Positions 48,064 through 58,006 are shown, counted from the first letter of the stretch. The stretch: 64,000 nucleotides of DNA from an uncultured Bacilli bacterium (GCA_944372545.1 CALVZO010000002.1:4538-68537); one strand, 5' to 3'. The notes: a model not told the origin generated them from the sequence alone. A program made the numbers and translations.

Positions 48064-50118
48064 ATGAAAAAATTAAATGCAGTAAGACAAAAAGATTTGC
48101 AAGACTGTGGAGTATGCGTAATGCAGTGGATTATTCAGTATTATGATGGGTATGTTTCTTTAGAAAGATTAAGAAATGATACTTATACTGATAAATTTGG
48201 AACAACTGCTTATCACATAGTTAATGCCTTTTTGAAGTGGAATTTTGATGCTTTAGGAATTTATATTAAAGATATAAATGATAAAAATTTAAAGTTTCCA
48301 CTTATTGCCCATTTAAAATTAGATAATGGTTTACTCCATTTTGTAGTTGTAAGATTTATAAAAGGTAAATACGTATACTTAATGGACCCGGGAGTTGGGT
48401 ATACAAAAATGAATTTCAAAGAATTTCAAAGATTATTTACTGGTAATGTCATCGTTGTAAGGCCAAGAGGCAAAATCTTAAAATGTGAAGAAGGAATTTC
48501 TATATTTGAATTGTTTGGCAAAATATTAAATGAGGAAAAGTTTTTAATTATTAAAATTGTTATAACAAGTCTTATATGGACAATTTTAGCAATAATATCT
48601 TCCTATTATTTAAAAGTTGCAAGTAATATTCTTAATTATGATATAAAACTTTTACGATTTGTAATATTTGTGTTTGGTATTGTTATATTGTTAAAAGTAT
48701 TTATGTTATATATAAGAGAGTATTATGAAAATCACTTAAATAATCTTGTAGATACTTATTTGTACCCTGATTTTATAAGTCATTTATTTTCTCTCCCTTT
48801 GAAAACCATCAAAAATAGGACAACTGGCGAGATAATTTCAAGAGTAGAAGAATTAGGAAGCATTAAAAACTTATTTTCAGATATTTTTGTAACTTGCTTT
48901 TTGGACTCATTTATGATGTTAATATCTATAATTATTTTATACATGATTAATGGTAGTTTGGCAAATATCTTGTTATTATTTATTATAATATATAGTATAT
49001 TTGGGTATTTATTTAGTAAAATGATGTATAAAAAAGTATTAGAGAATATCGATTATAATGCTAATTTTAATAGTGTATTAATCGAAAATGTCAAAATGTT
49101 TGATAGTATTAAGCATTTACAAGTGACAGATATTATTTTAAATAAAATTGAATTTGCCTTAGCAAAATATTTATTAAGTAATTTTAAATTTACTAGTTTT
49201 TATAATATTTTTAATATGATTAAAGACTATATTATTGAGATATGTTTTTTCTTAATTAATAGTTATGGTTTTTTTAAAGTAATAAATGGTGATATTAATA
49301 TAGTTGATTTATTTACTTTTAATCTATTACTATCATATAGTATAGAACCTGTGAAAAATATAATAAATTTGTTACCAAAATACAATTATATAAAAGCATC
49401 ATTTATGAAAATAAAAGAATTTTTAAATATTGAAGAAGAGAAACTTATTAAAAATAATAATAAATTAAATGGGAATATAAGTTTTGTTGATGTATGGTAT
49501 TCATATAACGATTATGATTATGCTTTAAAAAATATTAATTTAGAAATAAAAGAAAATACTCATGTGCTACTTAATGGAACATCTGGTTGTGGAAAAAGTA
49601 CTATTTGTAAACTTATAAATAAAGATAGTATTCCAAGTAAAGGAAGTATTTATTTAGATAAAGTAAACATTTTAGATATTGACTTATATACAATAAAAAA
49701 TAATATTTTATATGTATCACAAAATGAAGAACTCTTTTATGGAACAATTAAAGATAATATTATATTAGATAGAAATATATCTAATTCTTTATTTCATCAA
49801 GTTTGTCAAATATGTGAAATAGATAGTATTGTAGCCAAAAAATCTTTGCGTTATGATTCACTACTTGATCCAGATTCCACTAATATTTCAGGGGGAGAAA
49901 AGCAAAGAATTATTTTAGCAAGAGGTCTTTTAAAAGATTCTAAAATAATAATTTTAGATGAGGCATTATCGGAAGTGGATATATCATTAGAAAATAAAAT
50001 TATTAAAAATATAAGGAATTTTTATAAAAATAATACATTAATTTATATATCTCATAAAAATCAAATTAAAAATTTTGAAAACATAATAAATATAGGAGAA
50101 GATAATGGAATACTTTAA
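48064..50118 (+). CDS. Peptidase C39 domain-containing ABC transporter (bacteriocin processing/export)
   Basis: N-terminal C39 motif QKDLQDCGVCVMQ with downstream HFVVV and MDPG. TMD present. Walker A GTSGCGKST, signature SGGEKQR and Walker B ILDEALSEVD. Confidence 0.88.
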   Translation: MKKLNAVRQKDLQDCGVCVMQWIIQYYDGYVSLERLRNDTYTDKFGTTAYHIVNAFLKWNFDALGIYIKDINDKNLKFPLIAHLKLDNGLLHFVVVRFIKGKYVYLMDPGVGYTKMNFKEFQRLFTGNVIVVRPRGKILKCEEGISIFELFGKILNEEKFLIIKIVITSLIWTILAIISSYYLKVASNILNYDIKLLRFVIFVFGIVILLKVFMLYIREYYENHLNNLVDTYLYPDFISHLFSLPLKTIKNRTTGEIISRVEELGSIKNLFSDIFVTCFLDSFMMLISIIILYMINGSLANILLLFIIIYSIFGYLFSKMMYKKVLENIDYNANFNSVLIENVKMFDSIKHLQVTDIILNKIEFALAKYLLSNFKFTSFYNIFNMIKDYIIEICFFLINSYGFFKVINGDINIVDLFTFNLLLSYSIEPVKNIINLLPKYNYIKASFMKIKEFLNIEEEKLIKNNNKLNGNISFVDVWYSYNDYDYALKNINLEIKENTHVLLNGTSGCGKSTICKLINKDSIPSKGSIYLDKVNILDIDLYTIKNNILYVSQNEELFYGTIKDNIILDRNISNSLFHQVCQICEIDSIVAKKSLRYDSLLDPDSTNISGGEKQRIILARGLLKDSKIIILDEALSEVDISLENKIIKNIRNFYKNNTLIYISHKNQIKNFENIINIGEDNGIL

Positions 50119-50518
50119 AGTTAATTATGGAGTACTTCAAAATTTAAGACAAATAAAGTTTTATAAAATAGTATTAATTATTCTTATAATATTGGTTTTG
50201 TTATTGAAAGTTGCTCATAATTCTATAGTTTGGCAACATATTGAGTGTGAAAGTATCTATATAAATGATAATCTTTCTTTGACAATTAATGTACAACTCT
50301 CTGATAAGTTGAAGAAAGCAAAGTATATAACATTTAATGATGCGAAAGCCAATATTGATAAAATAAATTATGGTGATTATGAAATGATAAGTAATGAAAT
50401 ATATCAAAATATAAATTTAATTATAGATAGAAAGTTTTCTAATAATGAAGTAGGTGTTTTAAAAATCTATTATGAAGAGAAAAGCATCTTAAAAATTGTT
50501 TTAGATTTATTTAAGTAA
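50105..50518 (+). CDS. Small single-pass membrane protein (candidate export accessory or immunity protein)
   Basis: 137 aa with one N-terminal TM helix. 14-nt overlap with the ABC gene. No motif recognised. Confidence 0.45.
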   Translation: MEYFKVNYGVLQNLRQIKFYKIVLIILIILVLLLKVAHNSIVWQHIECESIYINDNLSLTINVQLSDKLKKAKYITFNDAKANIDKINYGDYEMISNEIYQNINLIIDRKFSNNEVGVLKIYYEEKSILKIVLDLFK

Positions 50519-50531
50519 AAGGAGGTAATAT

Positions 50532-50675
50532 ATGGAGTATTTAAGTAATGAAGAAGCATTAAATGTATCTGGGGGAGCCTTTGGTAAAGGACTAATATTT
50601 GGTATAATTGGTGGAACTTTAGTATTCTTATGTGGTCTTATTGATGGGTTTATAAATCCCAAAAAATGTAATTAG
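50532..50675 (+). CDS. Double-glycine-leader peptide 1 (47 aa, candidate class II bacteriocin precursor; not in the ORF track)
   Basis: MEYLSNEEALNVSGG|AFGKGLIFGIIGGTLVFLCGLIDGFINPKKCN. The leader has L-12, S-11, E-8, V-4, G-2 and G-1. AGGAGGT RBS. GxxxG motifs in the mature part. Confidence 0.75.
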   Translation: MEYLSNEEALNVSGGAFGKGLIFGIIGGTLVFLCGLIDGFINPKKCN

Positions 50676-50683
50676 GAGGTAAT

Positions 50684-50845
50684 ATGTTAGCAAAAGAAGA
50701 ATTAATTGAAGTAAGAGGGGGAGGAATTACCGCAACTTTCTTAAATTCAATGTCAAGATTAATTGAAACTTTTTTCAATTTAGGGCAAAGTGTTGGCTCT
50801 TCCCTAAGAAGAGTAATGAGTAAAAAAGTTTGTAAAATGAGTTAA
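50684..50845 (+). CDS. Double-glycine-leader peptide 2 (53 aa, candidate class II bacteriocin precursor; not in the ORF track)
   Basis: MLAKEELIEVRGG|GITATFLNSMSRLIETFFNLGQSVGSSLRRVMSKKVCKMS. The leader has L-12, E-8, L-7, V-4, G-2 and G-1. AGGAGGT RBS. Cationic amphipathic mature part. Confidence 0.75.
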   Translation: MLAKEELIEVRGGGITATFLNSMSRLIETFFNLGQSVGSSLRRVMSKKVCKMS

Positions 50846-50875
50846 CTGAAATTTTACAAATTACTAGACTTTTTG

Positions 50876-50904
50876 TTGTCAAATGAGTGTGTAAGTGGTA
50901 TAAT
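50876..50904 (+). promoter_or_regulatory. rpsU promoter
   Basis: TTGTCA (50876..50881), 17-nt spacer, extended -10 TGgTATAAT (50896..50904). Confidence 0.6.
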
Positions 50905-50935
50905 ATTGTCAGTTAAAAGCGAAGGGAGGGCGAAC

Positions 50936-51121
50936 ATGACAAAGGTTGTAGTACAAAATGGTAACATAGATGGCGCTTTAAAGAAATTTAAAGTTAAAGT
51001 GGCTAGAAGTGGTGTCCCTTCAGAACTAAAGAAAAAGAAATTTTATTCTAAACCAGGTGTGGAAAGAAGAATAAAGAAGGAAGAAGGCATAAAAAATTCT
51101 CATAAAAAAAATCATAATTAA
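50936..51121 (+). CDS. rpsU: Ribosomal protein S21
   Basis: MTKVVVQNGNIDGALKKFKVKVARSG..., basic, 61 aa. Start moved from 50873 to the ATG at 50936 behind GGGAGGG. Confidence 0.9.
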   Translation: MTKVVVQNGNIDGALKKFKVKVARSGVPSELKKKKFYSKPGVERRIKKEEGIKNSHKKNHN

Positions 51122-51133
51122 GGAGGATTAAAT

Positions 51134-51571
51134 ATGTTAGAGAAAATCAATAATGATTTAAAAGATGTGTTAAAAAATAAAGATAAATTTCGCCTTTCGG
51201 TTTTACGAATGGTTAAAAGTGCCTTACAACTAGATGCAATTAATAAAATGCGAGAATTAACTGATGATGATGTAGTTGGTGTTTTGAAAAAACAAGTCAA
51301 ACAAAGAGCTGACTCTTTAGAAGAATATAAAAAATTTGGTAAGGAAGAAACTGTTAAATCATTACAACAAGAAATTGATATTATCAGTGCATATTTACCA
51401 GAAGAGGCTTCAATGGAAGAGATAATTTCAGTAATTGATGCGGCCTTTCAAGAAATAAAACCAACAAGCATGAAAGAAATGAGTTTAATCATGAAATACG
51501 CAACAGACCATTTGAAAAATGCTGATATGGCAACAGTTAGTAAAATTGTTAGAGAAAGATTAGTAAAATAG
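51134..51571 (+). CDS. yqeY: GatB/YqeY domain protein
   Basis: LKDVLKNKDKFRLSVLRMVKSAL fits the YqeY pattern. Follows rpsU as in B. subtilis. Confidence 0.85.
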   Translation: MLEKINNDLKDVLKNKDKFRLSVLRMVKSALQLDAINKMRELTDDDVVGVLKKQVKQRADSLEEYKKFGKEETVKSLQQEIDIISAYLPEEASMEEIISVIDAAFQEIKPTSMKEMSLIMKYATDHLKNADMATVSKIVRERLVK

Positions 51572-51601
51572 TCTTTCTTTTTTTAATCTTCATATAATTA
51601 A

Positions 51602-51862
51602 TTGATGAAAAATTTGCATTTTAAAGACACTTTCAAAAATTTTTTATTTGATTTAGAAAATTTCATAACTATATATGATAAGCATTTGCATGTCTTTAAT
51701 TATCAAAAACTAGATAAGTTAAGTGAGAAAGAAATAGATTTAATAATAGATAATAAAAAAGTTATCATTGAGGGAAATAATTTAGTTGTCAAACAAATGA
51801 CAAAACAAGAACTTTTAATTGAAGGATTTATTTTGAAAGTAGAGTTTAAATATGAAAAATAA
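51602..51862 (+). CDS. yqfC: YqfC-like sporulation protein (YabP/YqfC family)
   Basis: 86 aa. The C-terminal ELLIEGFILKVEF parallels B. subtilis YqfC EILLEGKITEVEY. Positioned upstream of yqfD. Confidence 0.65.
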   Translation: MMKNLHFKDTFKNFLFDLENFITIYDKHLHVFNYQKLDKLSEKEIDLIIDNKKVIIEGNNLVVKQMTKQELLIEGFILKVEFKYEK

Positions 51863-52994
51863 AAGTATTGTCTGGGTTAAAATTAAAAGTGATAAATATT
51901 ATAATTTATTATTAAAACTAAATAAAATAGGTATAAATGTTTTAGAAATAAAGAAAGATAAAAATAATATATTAATAAAAACTTATTATGAAGATTATAA
52001 AAGAATAAAAAAATATTTAATAAGTTATAAAGTAAAAATAGTAAGTAAAACAGGATTAATTAAATATATAGAGGTAGCCAAAAAATATATTGTATTTATT
52101 ATAAGTATCATTATAAGTATTGTTTTATTATTTATAATAAATAATATGATTTTTAAAGTGGAGATAAAGACTGATAATAAAAAAGTGGAAAAACTATTAA
52201 TAAAAGAGTTGAAAAGTTATGGGTTATCAACATTAAAATTAAAAAAAAGACATGATAAAATAGAGGTTATAGTAAAAGAAATTTTAGATAATCATAAAAA
52301 TGAAATAGAGTGGTTAGAAATTAAGTTTGATGGCTTAATAATGATAGTTAATGTCACAGAAAAGATTAGTAAAAAAGAGGAAGATAATTACGAAAATTGT
52401 AATATAGTTGCTACTAAAGATGGTAAAATATTGAGTTTAAATTTATACCGGGGTGTTGCTTTAAAAGAGATAAATGATTATGTATTAAAGGGAGATATTT
52501 TAATAAGTGGAAGTATTACTCATAATGAAGAAGTAAAAGATATAGTTTGTGCAAGTGGTGAAGTTTATGGTGAAGTTTGGTATAAAGTGAAAGTGGAAGT
52601 GCCTTTTGAAGAAACAATAACTAAGTATACTGGTAAAAATAGATATAATTTAAGTATTAAAGTTAATGATAATATTTATTCTATTTTTAGAAGTCGAGTT
52701 AATGATAAGGAAGAAGATGTAACTAATTTATATAAATTAAATGATTTTGAAATTAATTTAGTAAAAGAAAAAGAAATAATTAAAGATAAAAATATTTTAA
52801 GTGAAGAAGAGGCTTATAATAAGGCATTAAAGTTAGCAGAAGAAAAGATTTTATTAATGCTTCAAAAAGAAGAAGAAATATTAGTGAAAAAAGTTTTGAA
52901 AAATACTACAAATAATAGTACAATATATTTAGAATTATTTATTGTAACAAAAGAGAATATTGGTGAGTTACAAGTAGTGAAAGAAGGTTTATAA
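51852..52994 (+). CDS. yqfD: Sporulation protein YqfD (stage IV sporulation protein-like)
   Basis: ~380 aa with a central TM helix. Synteny yqfC-yqfD. Confidence 0.7.
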   Translation: MKNKSIVWVKIKSDKYYNLLLKLNKIGINVLEIKKDKNNILIKTYYEDYKRIKKYLISYKVKIVSKTGLIKYIEVAKKYIVFIISIIISIVLLFIINNMIFKVEIKTDNKKVEKLLIKELKSYGLSTLKLKKRHDKIEVIVKEILDNHKNEIEWLEIKFDGLIMIVNVTEKISKKEEDNYENCNIVATKDGKILSLNLYRGVALKEINDYVLKGDILISGSITHNEEVKDIVCASGEVYGEVWYKVKVEVPFEETITKYTGKNRYNLSIKVNDNIYSIFRSRVNDKEEDVTNLYKLNDFEINLVKEKEIIKDKNILSEEEAYNKALKLAEEKILLMLQKEEEILVKKVLKNTTNNSTIYLELFIVTKENIGELQVVKEGL

Positions 52995-53612
52995 GTGATA
53001 ACAAGTTTAGTCTTAAAAATATTTAATAATATTTGGCCTATGTTAGTAGTCTTTGTTGTAGCAATTGGTTTGATTAGATTCTTTTATTTACAAACTCACA
53101 GAGAAAGATTTTGTTTTTATAAAGAAATATCTTATCTTGTATCAATAATTTATATTTGGCTATTATTTGAAATATTGACTATGACTGAACTTAATAGTAC
53201 AGGTGGTATGAATTTAGTACCATTTTCTGAAATAACTCGTTTTAAATTTGGAACAGATATGTTCAATTATTATGTTTTTGGTAATATTTTAATATTTATT
53301 CCTTTTGGTTATTTAATTGGGGTTTATGTAAATCCGAAAAAAGTTTGGCCTGTTTTAATAACCTCTATTGTAACTAGTACTGTAGTAGAGTTTGTTCAAT
53401 TACAAATTGGAAGATCTTTTGATGTTGATGATATAATGTTAAATGTTTTAGGAAGTATTATTGGTTATTTATTATATATTGGTTTAAGTGCAATTAATAA
53501 AAGATTACCAGATATATTCCATAGTGATTTATTTTATAATATTTTAGCAATAGTTATTATATTATTATTTGGAATTTATGTTTTGGGTTATTGGGGTGTT
53601 ATATTTTCATGA
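52995..53612 (+). CDS. VanZ family membrane protein
   Basis: Multi-TM protein. EFVQLQIGRSFDVDDIMLNVLGSIIGY is a typical VanZ-like signature. GTG start. Confidence 0.7.
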   Translation: MITSLVLKIFNNIWPMLVVFVVAIGLIRFFYLQTHRERFCFYKEISYLVSIIYIWLLFEILTMTELNSTGGMNLVPFSEITRFKFGTDMFNYYVFGNILIFIPFGYLIGVYVNPKKVWPVLITSIVTSTVVEFVQLQIGRSFDVDDIMLNVLGSIIGYLLYIGLSAINKRLPDIFHSDLFYNILAIVIILLFGIYVLGYWGVIFS

Positions 53613-54064
53613 ACGATTACAGTATTACAAATGAATTTGGTTATAATAAAGATTATAGTTATTTAGATAGTGTTATAAAAAGAACATTAAAGTGGGAAAA
53701 AGTTAAAAATGCTAACTTTAGTATAGTTTTTGTTGATAATGAAAAAATTCAAGAATTAAATAAAAATTATCGCCATATAGATAAAGTTACCGATGTTATA
53801 TCATTTGCATTTGAAGATAATCAAAAAGTAGTGTATAATAACATCAGATTTTTAGGAGAAATTTTTATTTGTATTCCTAGAATGATAGAGCAAGCGGAAC
53901 TTTATGGGCATAGCGAAGAAAGAGAACTAGCCTTTTTAGTAGTGCATGGATTACTCCATTTACTGGGTTATGACCATATGGAAAAGGAAGATGAAGAAGT
54001 AATGTTTGCGATGCAGGAGAAGATATTAGATGAAGACGAAAGAACAAAAAGAAAAAAAGACTAA
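53609..54064 (+). CDS. ybeY: rRNA maturation endoribonuclease YbeY
   Basis: HGLLHLLGYDH zinc motif. ATGA overlap with the vanZ-like stop. Confidence 0.9.
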   Translation: MNDYSITNEFGYNKDYSYLDSVIKRTLKWEKVKNANFSIVFVDNEKIQELNKNYRHIDKVTDVISFAFEDNQKVVYNNIRFLGEIFICIPRMIEQAELYGHSEERELAFLVVHGLLHLLGYDHMEKEDEEVMFAMQEKILDEDERTKRKKD

Positions 54065-54437
54065 TTTACTTACCAATATTTTTAACAAATGTAAATATTC
54101 AATGCAAGGATTAAGTTATTGCTTTCAAAGTGAATCAAGTTTTTTACTAGAGGCAATTACGGCTTGTGTAATTATCATTTTTGGTATTTATTTTGATATT
54201 GAATTTTTAGAGTGGGTAATATCATTTGGAAGTTTAGCATTAATTAGCATTACAGAGTTAATTAATACGGCGATTGAAGCAACAGTTGATATGGTTACGA
54301 AAGAATATAATGAATATGCTAAAATTGCTAAAGACTGTGGTTCGGCAGCGACTGGGGTTATGAGTGTTTTAGCAGCAATTGTCAATTTAATAATTTTTGT
54401 TCCTTATATAATTGAGTTTTTTATAGAAAAGTTTTAG
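54030..54437 (+). CDS. dgkA: Diacylglycerol/undecaprenol kinase DgkA family
   Basis: ~135 aa, 3 TM helices. N-terminal amphipathic FNKCKYSMQGLSYCFQSESSF aligns with E. coli DgkA, and the NTAIEA motif is present. Confidence 0.85.
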   Translation: MKTKEQKEKKTNLLTNIFNKCKYSMQGLSYCFQSESSFLLEAITACVIIIFGIYFDIEFLEWVISFGSLALISITELINTAIEATVDMVTKEYNEYAKIAKDCGSAATGVMSVLAAIVNLIIFVPYIIEFFIEKF

Positions 54438-54446
54438 GGTGATTTT

Positions 54447-55328
54447 ATGAAGAGTGGTTTTGTTAGTATTGTTGGAAGACCTAATGTTGGGAAAAGTACT
54501 TTAATTAATGCTATAATTGACCGTAAAATTGCCATTACTTCTGATGTTTCGGGGACTACTAGAAATATCATTGAAGGTATATATCATGATGATGGTTATC
54601 AAATTATTTTTGTTGATACACCAGGTATTTCTAAACCAATAAATAAATTAGGAAAAATATTAAATAAACAAGCAACTTCTTTAACAAAAGATGTTGATTT
54701 AATTCTTTTAGTAGTAGATATTGCATCAGGTATTGGCAAAGGTGATAAATTTTTAATGGAAAATTTATTAAATGGCGATATACCTGTAATACTTGTTATT
54801 AACAAAATTGACAGAGTTTCTAATGAAACTTTAATTATGGCAATTAATGAATTTAAAGATTATTCTTTTGCAGAAATTGTTCCAGTTAGTGCTTTAGAAA
54901 ATGATAATGTTAAGCATTTAATTAGTGTTATTAAAAAATATTTAAAAGATGATGTTAAATATTATGATGATGATATTATTACAAGTAGTAGTACTTCCTT
55001 CTTAGTAAGTGAAATAGTTAGAGAAAAATTATTACAAAATACAGAAGAAGAAGTGCCTCACGCAATAACTTGTCATACAACTAAAATAGAAAATAAAAAA
55101 GATATAGTTAATTTATATGTTGATATAATAGTAGATAGGGCAAGTTTAAAAAAAATCGTTATTGGAGCAAATGGGGAAATGTTAAAAAAAATTGGGACAT
55201 TATCAAGAAAAGATTTAGAGAATATGTTTCAAAAAAAAGTTTATTTAGAGTTATATGTTAAAGTAATTGAAAATTGGAAAGATAAAGAAAGATATTTAAA
55301 AGAATTAGGTTTCTTTGATTATGAATAA
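54447..55328 (+). CDS. era: GTPase Era
   Basis: GRPNVGKST, DTPG and NKID, plus a C-terminal KH domain. Confidence 0.95.
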   Translation: MKSGFVSIVGRPNVGKSTLINAIIDRKIAITSDVSGTTRNIIEGIYHDDGYQIIFVDTPGISKPINKLGKILNKQATSLTKDVDLILLVVDIASGIGKGDKFLMENLLNGDIPVILVINKIDRVSNETLIMAINEFKDYSFAEIVPVSALENDNVKHLISVIKKYLKDDVKYYDDDIITSSSTSFLVSEIVREKLLQNTEEEVPHAITCHTTKIENKKDIVNLYVDIIVDRASLKKIVIGANGEMLKKIGTLSRKDLENMFQKKVYLELYVKVIENWKDKERYLKELGFFDYE

Positions 55329-55372
55329 AAAATTCAATACCTTCTCAATATAATAGTAGGAAGGTGTTTTTA

Positions 55373-55453
55373 ATGGAAAAAGATAAGGCTTGGGAAAAAT
55401 TTAAGAAAAGTGGCAAAGTAGAAGATTATTTAAATTATAAAAAAATAAAATAA
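55373..55453 (+). CDS. yqzL: YqzL-like small protein (26 aa; not in the ORF track)
   Basis: MEKDKAWEKFKKSGKVEDYLNYKKIK fits the W..F..(T/S)G....YL pattern. Located between era and recO exactly as B. subtilis yqzL is. Confidence 0.6.
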   Translation: MEKDKAWEKFKKSGKVEDYLNYKKIK

Positions 55454-55463
55454 AAGAGGATTT

Positions 55464-56195
55464 ATGATAGAAGAAGTTGAAGGAATTATCTTAAGTGTTA
55501 CTCCTTATGGAGAAACATCGAAAATTATCAATGTTTATACAAAAGAGCATGGCATAATTGGTATAATTTGTAAGGGAGCAATGAGTGTTAAATCACGCCT
55601 TAGAAGTTTTACGCAAAAATTAACTTATGGTAATTTTAATATCTATTATAAAAAAGATAGGCTTTCAACTTTAGCATCAGTTGAAGAAATAAATCCCTTA
55701 AAAAATATTAAAAGTGATATCTTACTTATTAGTTATGCTTCCTACCTAAGTGATTTAGTAATGCAAGTAGCAAGACAAAATAATAATAAAAAAATTTATT
55801 TTGATTTTATCAATAGTTTATTAAAAATAGAAGAAGGATTAAATCCTTTAGTAATTACTAATATACTAGAGGTTAAATTACTAGATTATTTAGGAGTCGG
55901 ACTTAATTTAACAAGTTGTATAATGTGTGGAAGTAAAAATAGAATAGTTACGCTTTCTAGTGAAAAAGGAGGACTTATTTGTGAAAATTGTTATCAAAAT
56001 GAAAGAATAGTTCCCGTAAATATTATAAAAATATTAAATATGTATTATTTAGTAGATATAAAAAGTATAAGTAAATTAAATATTAAAGAAGATATTATAA
56101 AAGAAATAAATCATTTTTTAGAAGTTTATTATGATGATTATACTGGTCTTTATTTAAAAAGCAAAGATTTTTTAAAGTCTATTCAAAAATTATAG
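55464..56195 (+). CDS. recO: DNA repair protein RecO
   Basis: OB-fold N-terminus (EGIILSVTPYGETSKII) and the zinc motif CIMCGS...CENC. era-recO synteny. Confidence 0.88.
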   Translation: MIEEVEGIILSVTPYGETSKIINVYTKEHGIIGIICKGAMSVKSRLRSFTQKLTYGNFNIYYKKDRLSTLASVEEINPLKNIKSDILLISYASYLSDLVMQVARQNNNKKIYFDFINSLLKIEEGLNPLVITNILEVKLLDYLGVGLNLTSCIMCGSKNRIVTLSSEKGGLICENCYQNERIVPVNIIKILNMYYLVDIKSISKLNIKEDIIKEINHFLEVYYDDYTGLYLKSKDFLKSIQKL

Positions 56196-56244
56196 AAAAA
56201 AAATAAAAGATAATAACTACTTAGATTATATTTATTTTATTGAT

Positions 56245-57270
56245 TTGGACATATTCAAATGTTATAATAAACCTATAAGGTGGAACACTATAAATAAAAA
56301 GAGTTGGCTAATAATAATTACTATTTTAATAACAATTTTACTAGGAATATGTACAGGCTGCTTAATTTATAAGTTTATTTTGGATAATAATTCTTTACAA
56401 GAACAATTAAATTATTATGAAAAACAAGGATATAAAAATTTAACATTTCCATCTGAATTGTCGAGTGTTCATATAGATAAAGTTTTTGATAGTGAAATTT
56501 ACTTTCATATTGAAGATGAAGATGATTTTGGAACAATTTGTTTTGATACAGATTTAAAAAAACTATATTATAATTATAAAGATGAAAAAATATATATTGA
56601 AATAGATAATGTAAAAGAATATCTATATTTAGTTGAAGGAACTGCAGTAGATAATGATTATTTATTTATATTAGATGATATTGGTAATATTTATTATATA
56701 CAAGGTTTTTACTTTAGTAGTGTATTAGAATTAAGAGGTAGTGTAGATGATTATCAAAAAATAAATAGCGATACTTATGATAGTATTAAAATTTACACTT
56801 ATACAGTTACACCTAATAATTATAACGATTATGAATTAATTGGAATTAAACAAAACAAAGAGTATTCTATTGCTTATGCTTCTGATGGCATTTTAAAATT
56901 TGATGAAAAAGAATATAAAAATGAAAGATTTAATTATGTTTATTTAGATTTTAGTTATTTATATGGGGACGGCAATAATTATTTTGAAGTAGAAAAAAAT
57001 GGTAAAATTAAAATATATGAATTAAATGAAAGTGAAGATTATTCGTATAGTGATATAATAGTCAAAAATATAATAGTAGCCAATGATGAAGATTTTATAT
57101 TTATCGATAGTAATAATTATTTATATAGTATTAATTTTAATAAAATTAATAAAATGCATGAAAGTAAAATTAAAAATATTTTGTCTAAAAGTCCTTTTCA
57201 AAATTTAATTATTATTTTTGAAAATGGTGATACAATGAATTTAAATGTGAAAAAAATCGCTAAATATTAG
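56245..57270 (+). CDS. Hypothetical membrane-anchored protein
   Basis: N-terminal TM helix followed by a Y/D/N-rich extracellular region. TTG start. No motif recognised. Confidence 0.4.
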   Translation: MDIFKCYNKPIRWNTINKKSWLIIITILITILLGICTGCLIYKFILDNNSLQEQLNYYEKQGYKNLTFPSELSSVHIDKVFDSEIYFHIEDEDDFGTICFDTDLKKLYYNYKDEKIYIEIDNVKEYLYLVEGTAVDNDYLFILDDIGNIYYIQGFYFSSVLELRGSVDDYQKINSDTYDSIKIYTYTVTPNNYNDYELIGIKQNKEYSIAYASDGILKFDEKEYKNERFNYVYLDFSYLYGDGNNYFEVEKNGKIKIYELNESEDYSYSDIIVKNIIVANDEDFIFIDSNNYLYSINFNKINKMHESKIKNILSKSPFQNLIIIFENGDTMNLNVKKIAKY

Positions 57271-57346
57271 TAATTTCTTTTTTTATTAAAATATTTATTG
57301 TTAAGTTTTAAAAAATAATTTATACTATAACTAAGGTGGTAGTAAT

Positions 57347-57988
57347 ATGGCAGAGATGGTTTTTAAGTATAGTGCAATGAATGGTGGTAAAACATTAAAT
57401 ATTTTACAAACTGCTCATAGTTATGAAGAGAATAATTTTAAATTTGTAATTGTTAAGTCAATTAAAGATACGAAGGGTAATGATTTTATTTTATCTCGTA
57501 ATGGTATGAAGAGAAAAGTTGATATTTTATTAGAAGATAATGAGTCATTATTAACAGAAGAAAATTATCAAATTTATTATACTGCAAAAGTTATTTTAGT
57601 TGATGAAGTTGAATTATTAAATAAAAGTCAAATTAAAGAGTTATGGTACATTGCGCATTTAATAAATATTCCTGTATTATGTTTTGGTTTGAAAAGTAAT
57701 TTTAAAGGTGAAATATTTAGTGAAGGAGTTTCCCAAATATTTGCTATTGCTGATATAATTGAAGAAATTGGTAGTAGTAGTTTATGCCGTTGTGGGAAAA
57801 AAGCCATATTTAATGCTCGAAAAGAAAATGATAAATTTACTGATGTTGGACCAAATATTGTAATTGATGATGGGACAAATAAAGAATATGAATATGTTCC
57901 TCTTTGTTCTGACTGTTATTTAAAATATGTAAAAATCGGTAGCGAAGAAGCGAAAAAATTAGCAAATTTAGTTGATAAAATAAAATAA
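57347..57988 (+). CDS. tdk: Thymidine kinase
   Basis: YSAMNGGKT P-loop, VDEVELL, and the CRCG...CSDCY zinc ribbon. Resembles E. coli-type Tdk. Confidence 0.9.
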   Translation: MAEMVFKYSAMNGGKTLNILQTAHSYEENNFKFVIVKSIKDTKGNDFILSRNGMKRKVDILLEDNESLLTEENYQIYYTAKVILVDEVELLNKSQIKELWYIAHLINIPVLCFGLKSNFKGEIFSEGVSQIFAIADIIEEIGSSSLCRCGKKAIFNARKENDKFTDVGPNIVIDDGTNKEYEYVPLCSDCYLKYVKIGSEEAKKLANLVDKIK

Positions 57989-58006
57989 TTAATATATAAT
58001 TTAGAT

